The notes: generated from the sequence alone by a model not told the origin. DNA of 64,000 bases from Synergistaceae bacterium (GCA_036769705.1 DAIPKP010000002.1:7171-71170); one strand, 5' to 3'. Positions 36,387 through 45,987 are shown, counted from the first letter of the stretch. Numbers and translations are program-made.

Positions 36387-37449
36387 TAAAGAGCCTGAAG
36401 AAAAATCCTTTTCAGAAACTCTTCCTTTTCGAAACGCTTCCTGGTGGCATTGGGAAGGGGAAAATGTTCGTTGCGAGCTCTGCTTTCGCTCTTGCTTGCT
36501 CGCCCCCGGAGATGTGGGATTTTGTAACGCCAGGAGACACGTGCCTTTTAAAGGCTTGAGCTCCCTGGTTTACGGAAGGCCTTTGGCTTGGGCCGTGGAT
36601 CCTGTGGAGAAAAAACCCTTGTATCATTATTTTCCCGGGGAGTTTGTTCTTTCCCTGGGAACTCGCGGATGCACCATGGATTGCCCCTATTGCCAAAATC
36701 ATCAACTGGTTCATGCGGAAATTTCCACCCGGGAACATTCTCCCGAGGAAATTGTCGCAGCGGGAATAGAGCAAAACCTTTCTCTTCTTGCCTTTACATA
36801 TAATGAACCTACGGTGTGGTATGAATTTTTGAGAGACTGTGCTTCTTTATGGAAAGAGAAAGGCAACCATGCGATCCTTGTGACAAATGGGCAAATGTTG
36901 GAAAAACCTCTCAGAGAGCTGGCACCTCTTCTCGGGGCATGTAACGTTGACATAAAATCTTTTAACAAAGACCAGTACCAGAAGCTTCTCAAAGGCTCTC
37001 TTGCCGATGCTCAGCGTTTTGTAGAGATTCTCGTGGAGCAGAATGTCCATGTGGAAGTAACGTGGCTTGTAGTGCCGGGCATGAACACGGAGAACAGTTT
37101 TTTCCGTTCCTGCACTCGTTGGCTAGCCTCTCTCTCCCCCTTTATTCCTCTCCATATAACCCGGGCTTTTCCCGCTTACCGATGGAAAGGTCCGCCCCCT
37201 TCCCTGGAATTGCTTCGCAACCTTCGTCAGGAAGCTCGAGAAGACTTGCAATATGTATATCTTGGGAATACAGGCGTTCCAGAAAACACACAATGTCATA
37301 ATTGCGGGAATGACATTGTAATACGGTCATGTTATAATGCTTTAGATGTTGAAGTCGGTAAAGAAGGAAAGTGCCCTTTTTGTGGTGCTCCGACCCATAT
37401 TATTACGGGAAATTCTTGCCATAATAAGCAAGAAGGGGATGAAATGTGA
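36376..37449 (+). CDS. AmmeMemoRadiSam-system-type radical SAM enzyme (PflA-like activase fold)
   Basis: N-terminal Cys cluster CELCFRSC...GFC, the radical SAM motif GCTMDCPYCQN, and a C-terminal CHNCGN...CPFCG. It overlaps the AMMECR1 gene by 11 nt. Confidence 0.85.
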   Translation: MKNDKEPEEKSFSETLPFRNASWWHWEGENVRCELCFRSCLLAPGDVGFCNARRHVPFKGLSSLVYGRPLAWAVDPVEKKPLYHYFPGEFVLSLGTRGCTMDCPYCQNHQLVHAEISTREHSPEEIVAAGIEQNLSLLAFTYNEPTVWYEFLRDCASLWKEKGNHAILVTNGQMLEKPLRELAPLLGACNVDIKSFNKDQYQKLLKGSLADAQRFVEILVEQNVHVEVTWLVVPGMNTENSFFRSCTRWLASLSPFIPLHITRAFPAYRWKGPPPSLELLRNLRQEAREDLQYVYLGNTGVPENTQCHNCGNDIVIRSCYNALDVEVGKEGKCPFCGAPTHIITGNSCHNKQEGDEM

Positions 37450-37464
37450 GGAGGATGGTAGTAA

Positions 37465-38994
37465 ATGGAGGCAAAGACAATATTACTTAATGGGCATTCA
37501 CTGTCTCTCGAAGACGTATGTAAAGTTGCGAGGCAGGGCTATCGTGTCCGTCTAGATCCCGGGGCGGTAGCTCTCGTACAGAGAGGTGCCGAGAAAGTGG
37601 CTTCCTGGGTTCGGGAAGAGAGAAGTATATATGGAATTACCACGGGTTTTGGGGATCTTTCTTCCGTGGTTATCCCCAAAGACCAAAGTCGCCAACTCCA
37701 GACAAACCTTCTGCTAAGCCACGCTTGTGGCACCGGAGATTATTTTCCTGAAGAAGTTGTGCGAGCTATTATGCTTTTGCGAATCAACACGCTTACCAGG
37801 GGTTTTTCCGGCATAAGTCTTCCTACTTTGGAGCGTCTCGTAGAATATCTTAATTTAGGGATTCACCCTCTTATTCCTGCCCAGGGCTCCGTAGGAGCCA
37901 GCGGTGATCTTTGCCCCCTTTCTCATCTTGCCATTACTCTTCTTGGTTATGGAAAAGTTCGTTATCAGGGCAAGGATCAAGATACCATGGATGTGCTTCG
38001 TTTGTTGGGCATGGAACCCATCGCTCTTCAGCCTAAGGAAGGTTTAGCTCTGAATAACGGAACCCAAGCACTTACTGCCGTTGGAGCTCTGGCACTGGTA
38101 GATGCCCAAGAGCTTGCAAAAATTGCGGACATTGCGGCAGCGCTTTCCTTGGAAGCTCTGCACGGGGTACCTTATGCTTTCGATCCTCGAACTCATGATC
38201 TTCGCCCTCATCTCGGACAAAAATTGGTGGCATCGAATATGCGGAAGCTTATCGAGGGTTCACAGATCGTGGAGAAGTATAAACATGATCGGGTTCAGGA
38301 TGCCTACTCTCTTCGGTGTGTTCCCCAGGTTCACGGAGCTTCTCGAGATGCTTTCGAATATGTAAAACAGAAAATACAAATTGAAATAAATTCGGTGACA
38401 GATAATCCCCTTATTTTTGCTGCCGATGAAGAGGCTCTGAGCGGAGGAAATTTTCATGGGCAGCCCATAGCCATAGCGATGGATTTTTTTGCTATTGGCG
38501 CTGCTGAACTGGGAAGTATTTCGGAACGCAGAACCGCGAGAATGGTAGATCACAAGCTCTCGGGGCTTCCGCCTTTTCTTGTCAATAAAAGTGGTTTGAA
38601 TAACGGGTTCATGATCCCTCAATATGTTTCAGCTGCTCTTGTGTCGGAAAACAAGGTCCTCTGTCATCCTTCCAGCGTAGATTCGATTCCTACTTCGGCA
38701 AATCAGGAAGATCATGTTTCTATGGGTATGTTTTCTTCGAGAAAGGCTGTTACAGTGGTGGATAACATCAAGAAAATCCTTGCCATAGAACTCCTTTCCG
38801 CTGCCCAGGGGCTTGAGTTCTCGAAGCCTCTCCTTCCCGGCAAGGGAACCCATGCTGCCTATAAAGCTATCCGCGAGGAGATTGCTTCGGTGGAAGAGGA
38901 TCGGTATTTTCACCCGGATATTCTTTCTCTTATCGCTCTTCTTGAAGAAGGGACTATCTTAAGAGCAGTGGAAGAAACGGTAGGAGAATTGTAA
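37465..38994 (+). CDS. hutH: Histidine ammonia-lyase
   Basis: YGITTGFGDL, MIO-forming GSVGASGDLCPLSHL, NNGTQ, QDAYSLRC, and NFHGQP near the C-terminus. Confidence 0.93.
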   Translation: MEAKTILLNGHSLSLEDVCKVARQGYRVRLDPGAVALVQRGAEKVASWVREERSIYGITTGFGDLSSVVIPKDQSRQLQTNLLLSHACGTGDYFPEEVVRAIMLLRINTLTRGFSGISLPTLERLVEYLNLGIHPLIPAQGSVGASGDLCPLSHLAITLLGYGKVRYQGKDQDTMDVLRLLGMEPIALQPKEGLALNNGTQALTAVGALALVDAQELAKIADIAAALSLEALHGVPYAFDPRTHDLRPHLGQKLVASNMRKLIEGSQIVEKYKHDRVQDAYSLRCVPQVHGASRDAFEYVKQKIQIEINSVTDNPLIFAADEEALSGGNFHGQPIAIAMDFFAIGAAELGSISERRTARMVDHKLSGLPPFLVNKSGLNNGFMIPQYVSAALVSENKVLCHPSSVDSIPTSANQEDHVSMGMFSSRKAVTVVDNIKKILAIELLSAAQGLEFSKPLLPGKGTHAAYKAIREEIASVEEDRYFHPDILSLIALLEEGTILRAVEETVGEL

Positions 38995-39096
38995 ACTTTT
39001 TACTCCACATTTATGGATGTCATGAACCTGAGAACAGGCCACTGAAAATTTACATCTTCCGATGTTTCTTAACACCGAAAAAATCAGGGGGTAGGC

Positions 39097-39969
39097 ATGA
39101 CACTTTTTTTGGAACAGCTTTTGAACGGTCTTGCCATGGGGTCTATTTATGCCCTCATAACATTAGGCTTGGCATTGGTATATGGAATTTTGCGAATTCT
39201 TCACGTGGCTCATGCGGGGCTTTATACCGTAGGAGCTTACGTGGGTTTGTTTTTTTACTCTTCCTCGGGCAGCCTTTTAATAGCTCTGGGAAGCAGCATG
39301 GCAGTTTGTGCTCTTCTAGGCGTTTGCATTGAGCGTTTTGTATATTTTCCCCTTCTAAAATTCCCTCCCTTCGTCCCTCTCATAGGGAGTATATCTATAC
39401 TTCTCATTATAGAAGAGGTTTGCAGACTTATTTTCGGGCCGCATATACATGCCTTTCCCGCATCGTTACCGTTTCCGGAAGTCTCTTTGGGATCTCTCTC
39501 CATTTCATCTATGCTTATCGGAGTCTATCTTATTACGCTTGTAATCCTTTTCTTCCTTTGGTTCTTAGTTAAGAAAACATCCTTTGGCCTTGCCATGCGA
39601 GCTTCCAGTCAGGATATCGAGATAGCGGAGGCAAACGGTATCAATGCCAGGAGAACCATCGACCTTACTTTTGTTATCGGCTCTGCTGTTGCAGCCGTCG
39701 CAGGCGTTTTGGTGGGAATTTACTATAATCAGGTGTATCCCACCATGGGAGCCGTACCGGCTTATAAATCTTTGGCTCTTATCGTTGTCGGAGGATTGGG
39801 ATCGATTCAGGGAGCGGTTTTCGCATCTTTACTGCTCGGAATAGCGGAAACTCTTCTTATTGGATATGCGAATATTCCACTTCCTCGTGATGCCATCGCC
39901 TTCATAGCGATGATCTCAGTCCTTATGTGGAAACCTACAGGGCTTTTTTCCAGCAGAAAAGGAGCTTGA
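39097..39969 (+). CDS. livH: Branched-chain amino acid-type ABC transporter permease (LivH family)
   Basis: LEQLLNGLAMGSIYALITLGLALVYG, 290 aa, polytopic. Confidence 0.88.
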   Translation: MTLFLEQLLNGLAMGSIYALITLGLALVYGILRILHVAHAGLYTVGAYVGLFFYSSSGSLLIALGSSMAVCALLGVCIERFVYFPLLKFPPFVPLIGSISILLIIEEVCRLIFGPHIHAFPASLPFPEVSLGSLSISSMLIGVYLITLVILFFLWFLVKKTSFGLAMRASSQDIEIAEANGINARRTIDLTFVIGSAVAAVAGVLVGIYYNQVYPTMGAVPAYKSLALIVVGGLGSIQGAVFASLLLGIAETLLIGYANIPLPRDAIAFIAMISVLMWKPTGLFSSRKGA

Positions 39970-39973
39970 ACCC

Positions 39974-40858
39974 ATGAATAGCTACGTTATTACCGTGGGA
40001 ACCTTTATCCTTATCCAGGCCATTGCAGCATGCGGACTTAATGTTATCGTGGGGTTTGCGGGGCAAATCTCTTTGGGGCACGCTGCTTTTGTTGGTATCG
40101 GAGCGTATTCTGCAGCGATACTTTCCACCCGTTTCGGCATGACTTTCTGGGAGGCTCTGCCTTGCGTGATCGCAATAAGCGGTAGTATAGGATTTCTTTG
40201 TGGACTTCCAAGTATACGGGTGCGGGAGGATTTTCTCGCCATTACAACTATAGGTGTGAACTTCATCGTAGAATCCGTTTTTCTGTATGTCCCCTTTTTT
40301 GGAGGCGCTCTCGGTATTGGCGGTATTCCACGTATCTATTTTTGGGGGATAAGACTTAAGGGCGCTTCCTTCTTTTTACTTTGCCTGACCTTTTTTATTC
40401 TGGCATTCCTTCTCGTATGGCTTTTCTCAAAAAGCTGGGCAGGATTGGGATGTATTTCTCTTCGGGAAGAAGAGACTGCCGCTTCCACGGTAGGAATTTC
40501 CTCCGTAAAGTATAAGCTCTTTGCTTTTATTTTGGGGACTTCTCTTGCGGGGCTTTCCGGGGCTTTGTATGCTCATGCCATGCGTTTTATCAGCGCTGAA
40601 GATTTTGGCTTTCCCGCTTCGGTAATGCTTCTTTCCATAATAGTTCTTGGAGGCATGGGAACTCTTTGGGGACCTCTCGTGGGAGCTATTATTCTTGGAT
40701 TTCTACCTGAGCTCTTTCGACCTTTTGCAGAATATCGTCTTCTGATGTACGCCCTTTTGTTGTTATGCATGATACGCTACCAACCTAGTGGACTCCTCGG
40801 AGAAAACAGTTTGGCAAAAAATGTTTTCGGAAAGTTGTTGCAAAGGAGGGTCTCATGA
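39974..40858 (+). CDS. livM: Branched-chain amino acid-type ABC transporter permease (LivM family)
   Basis: GFAGQISLGHAAFVGIGAY, MRFISAEDF and LGGMGTLWGPLVGA. Confidence 0.88.
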   Translation: MNSYVITVGTFILIQAIAACGLNVIVGFAGQISLGHAAFVGIGAYSAAILSTRFGMTFWEALPCVIAISGSIGFLCGLPSIRVREDFLAITTIGVNFIVESVFLYVPFFGGALGIGGIPRIYFWGIRLKGASFFLLCLTFFILAFLLVWLFSKSWAGLGCISLREEETAASTVGISSVKYKLFAFILGTSLAGLSGALYAHAMRFISAEDFGFPASVMLLSIIVLGGMGTLWGPLVGAIILGFLPELFRPFAEYRLLMYALLLLCMIRYQPSGLLGENSLAKNVFGKLLQRRVS

Positions 40859-41637
40859 AAAACTCTCAACCCTTTTCTTCAGTACTTTCCGTGGAGGCTC
40901 TTTCCAAGCGTTTCGGAGGACTTCAAGCACTTCTCAAAGTTTCCTTTGAAATAAGAGAAAAGGAGATTCTAGGCCTGCTGGGGCCTAATGGAGCAGGGAA
41001 AACTACGTGTTTTAACATTATTTCCGGAGTGCAGAAACCCACAGAGGGGAAAATTTTTTTCCAGGGAGAAGATATTTCGGGGCTTCCTCCTCATCAAATG
41101 GCATCGCGGGGAATAGGACGTACTTATCAGATAGTTCGTCCTTTCGGATCCTTAACGGTGCTTGAAAATGTGCTTGTTGCCCTGGGAATGGAAAAATATG
41201 GCAAGGGGATTCCTTTTTTTTCTTTCTGGGACACAAAAGCCAACAGGGATAAAGCTCGTCAATATTTAAAGCTCGTGGGTTTGGAAGCTCAGGAAAAGGC
41301 TAAAGCCCTATCGCTTCCCCTGGGAAATTTACGTCGTCTGGAGCTTGCTCGAGCTCTCGCCCTGGAGCCTTCGCTCTTGCTTCTGGACGAAACTTTCTCC
41401 GGCCTGCGGCATGAAGAAATATCCCTTTTGGAAAAAACGATTCTTGGTATCCGTGCCAGAGGGATTACAATTCTTCTTATCGAACACAATATGCGTGTTG
41501 CCATGTCTCTCTCCGACAGAATCGTGGTTTTGGATCACGGAGAAAAGATTGCCGAAGGACTTCCAGAAGAAATCGCCAAAAACGATCGCGTTATCGATGC
41601 GTACCTGGGGAGGGTAAAAGAAGATGGCCTTGCTTGA
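40855..41637 (+). CDS. livG: ABC transporter ATP-binding protein (LivG family)
   Basis: GLLGPNGAGKTTCFN, LPLGNLRRLELARAL, LLLLDE and IEHNM. Confidence 0.9.
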   Translation: MKNSQPFSSVLSVEALSKRFGGLQALLKVSFEIREKEILGLLGPNGAGKTTCFNIISGVQKPTEGKIFFQGEDISGLPPHQMASRGIGRTYQIVRPFGSLTVLENVLVALGMEKYGKGIPFFSFWDTKANRDKARQYLKLVGLEAQEKAKALSLPLGNLRRLELARALALEPSLLLLDETFSGLRHEEISLLEKTILGIRARGITILLIEHNMRVAMSLSDRIVVLDHGEKIAEGLPEEIAKNDRVIDAYLGRVKEDGLA

Positions 41638-42337
41638 GGCGCGGGGACTGAAAGTTTTTTATCGGGATATACTTGCAGTAAAAGGGGTCTCTTTTTCTAT
41701 CCCCGAAGGATCCTTGATTTCTATAATTGGGCCTAACGGAGCCGGAAAGACTTCTATCATGCATGCTCTTATGGGAATCGTACCTTCAAAAGGGAATATC
41801 TTCTTTCGGGGAGAGGCTTTAAATCCTTTGCCCTCACACCTTCGAGCAAGAAAGGGGATACGGCTTGTGCCTGAAAGAGCAAGGCTTTTCCCGGAGATGT
41901 CGGTTTCTGAGAACCTTATTTCCGGAACTATTTTCGGGGGGTATTCCAAAAGATTTGTTCTTGAGCGAATGGAATGGATTTTTTCTCTTTTCCCGATATT
42001 GAAGGAACGGCGCGATCAAATGGCTTCTACCCTTTCCGGAGGGGAACAACAGCAATTGGCCATTGGAAGAGCTCTTCTTCCGGATCCGAAGGTGCTCTTG
42101 GTGGACGAGATTTCCATGGGGCTCATGCCGAAACTCGTGAAGGAAGTTTTCGCCCTTTTGAAAAAGCTTAACGAAGAGCATGGACTTACCATTCTTTTGG
42201 TGGAACAAAATGCTTTGCTTTCTTTGGAAATTTCTCACTATGCCTATGTTATAGAAAGCGGAGAAATTGTCTTTGAGGGAGAAAAGAAGACATTACTCGC
42301 AAAGGATGAATTACGCCAGGCTTATTTAGGGATGTAA
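41624..42337 (+). CDS. livF: ABC transporter ATP-binding protein (LivF family)
   Basis: IIGPNGAGKTSIMH, LSGGEQQQLAIGRAL and LLVDEISMGL. Confidence 0.9.
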   Translation: MALLEARGLKVFYRDILAVKGVSFSIPEGSLISIIGPNGAGKTSIMHALMGIVPSKGNIFFRGEALNPLPSHLRARKGIRLVPERARLFPEMSVSENLISGTIFGGYSKRFVLERMEWIFSLFPILKERRDQMASTLSGGEQQQLAIGRALLPDPKVLLVDEISMGLMPKLVKEVFALLKKLNEEHGLTILLVEQNALLSLEISHYAYVIESGEIVFEGEKKTLLAKDELRQAYLGM

Positions 42338-42390
42338 TCCCGAAGAGGTATTGCCGATTCGGGAAATTTATTTTATTGGAGGTGCTTTTT

Positions 42391-43551
42391 ATGAAAGGGT
42401 TACGTAAAATGGCGGTAATGTTTTGTGGAGTGTTAGCCTTATCCTTGTTGATGGCTTTCGGTGCTTTTGCTGGAGAGACCGTAAAAATAGGTGTCTTGGC
42501 TCCTCTTACAGGATTTGCTGCGGCGGATGGATTGAGCGTAAAAAACTCCGTGGAGCTTGCCCAGAAAAATATCAATGCCCAGGGAGGCGTTTTGGGGAAC
42601 CCCATAGAGCTTCTCATTTATGATGATGCAGCAAATCCTAAAGAAGCAGTAGCTCTTACCTACAAACTCATTGAACAGGATCAGGTCCACGCTGTGGTGG
42701 GAGGATCCTACAGTATGCCAAGCCGAGCAGTGGCTACGATTTTCCAGGAAGAAAAAATTCCTTTTGTAGCGGCCTATGCTATCCATCCCGATGTTACTAC
42801 CGCAGGAGAATATTGTTTCCGTAACGGATTTTTGGGAAACGTTGAAGGGAAAGCCATGGCGTACGTGGCGGATGTGCTCCTGAAGGCGGAAAAAGCTGTG
42901 TTGCTCTATGCGGATAATGATTTTGGGCAAACGCTCTCTGTAGGAATTAAAGATTATATCCAAGAACATGGGAAACCGGAGATCCTTTTCGAAAAATCCT
43001 ATGCTTTTTCAGAAAAGGATTATGCGCCGTATATCGCGCAAATAAAAGAAGTGAACCCGGATGTTATCATCTTTTCGGGATATTATTTCCAGACCGGGCC
43101 TTTTGCGCAACAAGCCCGGGAAGCGGGAGTGACGGCGACGATTCTCGGAGAAGAAGGAGCCGATTCCCCTAAATTTTTCGAGATTGCCGGAGAAGCTGCC
43201 GAAGGGGTTATCATTGTGACGAACCTCAATCGTGAGGATCCTCGCCCTATCGTTCAGGATTATATCGCAGAATATAAAGAGCAATACGGTATGGATCCCG
43301 ATATGGTGGGAGCTTCCGCTTATGACGCGCTGCTTCTTCTTGCGGACAGCATGAACCGCGCGCAAACCCTCGATAAAGAGGCGGTACAAAAAGCTTTGAG
43401 CGAAACTGTAAATTTCAACGGACTCACGGGAATTTTCAAGGGATTCACGGAAATTGGCGAAGTGGTAAAACCCGTACAGGTTCAGATGGGCAAAGATGGA
43501 GTCTTCACCTATTTCAATGTGGTGGAGGATGAAAAAATAATACTTCCCTAA
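42391..43551 (+). CDS. Type-1 periplasmic amino-acid-binding protein of the Liv ABC system
   Basis: Signal peptide, then GETVKIGVLAPLTGFAAADG and NAQGGVLGNPIELLIYDDAANP. GGAGG lies 8 nt before ATG 42391. Confidence 0.88.
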   Translation: MKGLRKMAVMFCGVLALSLLMAFGAFAGETVKIGVLAPLTGFAAADGLSVKNSVELAQKNINAQGGVLGNPIELLIYDDAANPKEAVALTYKLIEQDQVHAVVGGSYSMPSRAVATIFQEEKIPFVAAYAIHPDVTTAGEYCFRNGFLGNVEGKAMAYVADVLLKAEKAVLLYADNDFGQTLSVGIKDYIQEHGKPEILFEKSYAFSEKDYAPYIAQIKEVNPDVIIFSGYYFQTGPFAQQAREAGVTATILGEEGADSPKFFEIAGEAAEGVIIVTNLNREDPRPIVQDYIAEYKEQYGMDPDMVGASAYDALLLLADSMNRAQTLDKEAVQKALSETVNFNGLTGIFKGFTEIGEVVKPVQVQMGKDGVFTYFNVVEDEKIILP

Positions 43552-43595
43552 AAAAACCTCGTTTCCACGAAGGTTCATTTTATAGGGATTTCTTG

Positions 43596-43629
43596 CGCGG
43601 CGTATCGGTGGCTATGGCGATACGCCGCG
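43596..43629 (+). other. GC-rich 12-bp hairpin in the livK-ftcD intergenic region (function unknown)
   Basis: CGCGGCGTATCG (43596-43607) / CGATACGCCGCG (43618-43629) with a 10-nt loop. No T-run follows. Confidence 0.35.
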
Positions 43630-43706
43630 TTATACAAGAGAAAACAGATTCCTGTTTCTCCTTTTGCGATCCACGAACTCTCATATTTAACGGAGGTATT
43701 ATAATC

Positions 43707-44618
43707 ATGGCTAAACAGCTTATCGAGTGCGTTCCTAATTTCAGCGAAGGAAAGAACAAAGAGATCATCGAAAAGATCGTTCAACCCTTTAAGGAAACCC
43801 AGGGATGTTATCTTTTCGATTACAGGGCAGACGAAGACCATAACAGGCTCGTAGTCAGTCTCGTCGGAGAACCCGAAGCTATCTGCTCCTCTCTTCTCGA
43901 AGCGGCTCAGTACGCAGTGGCACATATTGACATGAATGCCCATAAGGGAGCTCATCCCCGGATAGGGGCGGTGGACGTGGTCCCCTTTACACCTATCAAG
44001 AACATCAGTATGGAAGAGTGCGTGGCTCTTTCCCATACATATGGAGAAGAGTATCACAAAGTTACGGGGATTCCTGTTTATTTTTACGAAGATTCCGCCA
44101 AACGCCCGGAAAGAAAGCGCTTGGAAGTTATTCGCAAGGGCCAGTACGAGACCTTGAAAGAGGAGTGCACGCTCCCTGAAAGGGCTCCCGATGTGGGAGG
44201 TCCCAAACTGCATCCTACCGCAGGAGCTACTGTTATGGGAGCGAGAAAATTCCTCGTGGCCTTTAACGTTAATCTCAAAACAGACGATGTGAACATTGCC
44301 AAAAAGATCGCTAGTTTTGTCAAGGCTTCCAGCGGAGGTTTCTGCCACGTGAAAGGCATAGGTCTCTCCCTGGAAGAGCGGGGCATCGTCCAGGTGAGTA
44401 TGAATATAGTGGATTACCAGAAAAACTCCCTCTATCGCGTGGTCGAAATGATTCGTATGGAAGCCCGTCGGTGGGGAGTGGAAGTCCTGGAAACCGAAGT
44501 ATATGGAATGATTCCCGCAGAAGCTCTTCTCCAGAGTACGGAGTATTATCTCCAGATTGCAGATTTCGATCCTCAGCAGGTGATAGAGCTTAAACTTCTT
44601 GAGATGATGGGGAACTAG
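43707..44618 (+). CDS. ftcD: Glutamate formimidoyltransferase (FtcD N-terminal domain type)
   Basis: MAKQLIECVPNFSEGKNKEII, DHNRLV and HPRIGAVDVVPF. The ORF-track start 43593 extends into the intergenic hairpin. Confidence 0.85.
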   Translation: MAKQLIECVPNFSEGKNKEIIEKIVQPFKETQGCYLFDYRADEDHNRLVVSLVGEPEAICSSLLEAAQYAVAHIDMNAHKGAHPRIGAVDVVPFTPIKNISMEECVALSHTYGEEYHKVTGIPVYFYEDSAKRPERKRLEVIRKGQYETLKEECTLPERAPDVGGPKLHPTAGATVMGARKFLVAFNVNLKTDDVNIAKKIASFVKASSGGFCHVKGIGLSLEERGIVQVSMNIVDYQKNSLYRVVEMIRMEARRWGVEVLETEVYGMIPAEALLQSTEYYLQIADFDPQQVIELKLLEMMGN

Positions 44619-45878
44619 GTGTCTCTCATGTCCATACGGAAACTGTTTGTAAACGCCCGAATTTACACGCCCTTCGATGAAGGGGAGCCTCTTGCGGGGG
44701 AAAAACAGGGGGCTCTCCGTATTTTCGAATCCGGCGCGCTTCTCGCGGAAAACGGCATAATTCTGTCCGTGGGGGATGAAAAAGAGGTTCGCCGGCATGC
44801 GGCAAACCTGGAGATTCACGAAGAAGTGGATTGCCGAGGAATGTGTATGGTGCCGGGATTCGTGGATCCGCATACGCATATATGTTTTGCGGAAACCCGG
44901 GAAACGGAGTTTTCCATGCGCCTTTCCGGAGTACCTTACCTGGAAATTCTCGAAAAGGGAGGGGGGATTCTCTCCTCGGTCCGAAGTCTTCGAGAAATGG
45001 ATTCCGCCAATTTATTCGAAGCCACGAAAAATCGTGTTCTTTCGGCTCTTTCCTTGGGGACAACCACTATAGAAATAAAAACGGGATATGGTCTGGATAT
45101 GCAAAACGAATTGAAAATGCTGGAAGTAATCCAGCGTATCCGCGGGGAAACGCCTTTGGATGTGGCCATAACCTTTATGGGGGCTCATGCGGTACCTTCA
45201 GAATACAAAGGGCGGGAAGATCTCTTTGTGAATTACCTGGTGGAAGAGATGCTTCCTGCCATAGCGGAACGGGGAATAGCTGATTTTTGTGATGTTTTCT
45301 GTGAAAAGGGCGTTTTTTCCATCGATCAAAGCCGCCGTATTCTCATGAAGGCCCGAGAGCTCGGAATGGGTATCAAAATTCATGCGGATGAGGTGCATGA
45401 TCTTGGAGGAGCGGGACTTGCAGCGGAACTTGAGGCGGTTTCGGCGGAGCATCTTCTTGCGGCAAATGAATCCAATCTCGCGAAAATGGCTGACAAGGGA
45501 ACCATAGCAGTGCTGCTTCCCTGTACTGCCTATAGCCTGAAAAAACCTTTTGCCCATGCCCGCAAGATGATAGATTTAAAACTTCCCGTAGCGGTAGCTA
45601 CAGATTGCAACCCGGGTTCCTGTTTCTGCGAATCCATGCCCTTTGTTTTTGGGCTTTCGGTGTTGCAAATGAATATGAGTGTTGAAGAAACCCTTGTGGC
45701 TTCCACCTTGAATTCGGCATATGCCATAGGGAAAAACGCCTTTGCCGGAAGCCTTCAGGAAGGTAAGCGGGCAGATTTTCTTCTTCTCGAAGGAAGAAGT
45801 CCCGCCATTTTTGCATACCATGCTGGCGTTTCTCCTGTAAAAGAAAGATTTATCCGGGGAGAAAGAATAGTTTTTTGA
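44619..45878 (+). CDS. hutI: Imidazolonepropionase
   Basis: PGFVDPHTHICF, EIKTGYGLD, KIHADE, and ATDCNPGS near the C-terminus. GTG 44619 or ATG 44628 is the start. Confidence 0.9.
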   Translation: MSLMSIRKLFVNARIYTPFDEGEPLAGEKQGALRIFESGALLAENGIILSVGDEKEVRRHAANLEIHEEVDCRGMCMVPGFVDPHTHICFAETRETEFSMRLSGVPYLEILEKGGGILSSVRSLREMDSANLFEATKNRVLSALSLGTTTIEIKTGYGLDMQNELKMLEVIQRIRGETPLDVAITFMGAHAVPSEYKGREDLFVNYLVEEMLPAIAERGIADFCDVFCEKGVFSIDQSRRILMKARELGMGIKIHADEVHDLGGAGLAAELEAVSAEHLLAANESNLAKMADKGTIAVLLPCTAYSLKKPFAHARKMIDLKLPVAVATDCNPGSCFCESMPFVFGLSVLQMNMSVEETLVASTLNSAYAIGKNAFAGSLQEGKRADFLLLEGRSPAIFAYHAGVSPVKERFIRGERIVF

Positions 45879-45962
45879 GATGACTTTTTGAGGAACATCA
45901 CTCTCTGTCGCTGTTGCTTCTGAAAAAACGCGAAAATTTTTGTGGTGTGTGAAGAAAAAAGG

Positions 45963-45987
45963 ACGGAAAAACTCTTCCGTTTTTTCT
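45963..45987 (+). terminator. Putative intrinsic terminator after hutI
   Basis: ACGGAA (45963-45968), loop AAACTC, TTCCGT (45975-45980), then TTTTTTC. An A-run lies upstream. Confidence 0.55.

Noticed and set aside
43575-44879. 434-aa minus-strand ORF, the longest antisense ORF in the track
   Set aside because: It lies exactly antisense to ftcD and hutI, whose + strand products have clear family motifs. Its composition (F/S/L/R/H-rich, no recognisable motif) is what the complement of a purine-rich coding strand produces.
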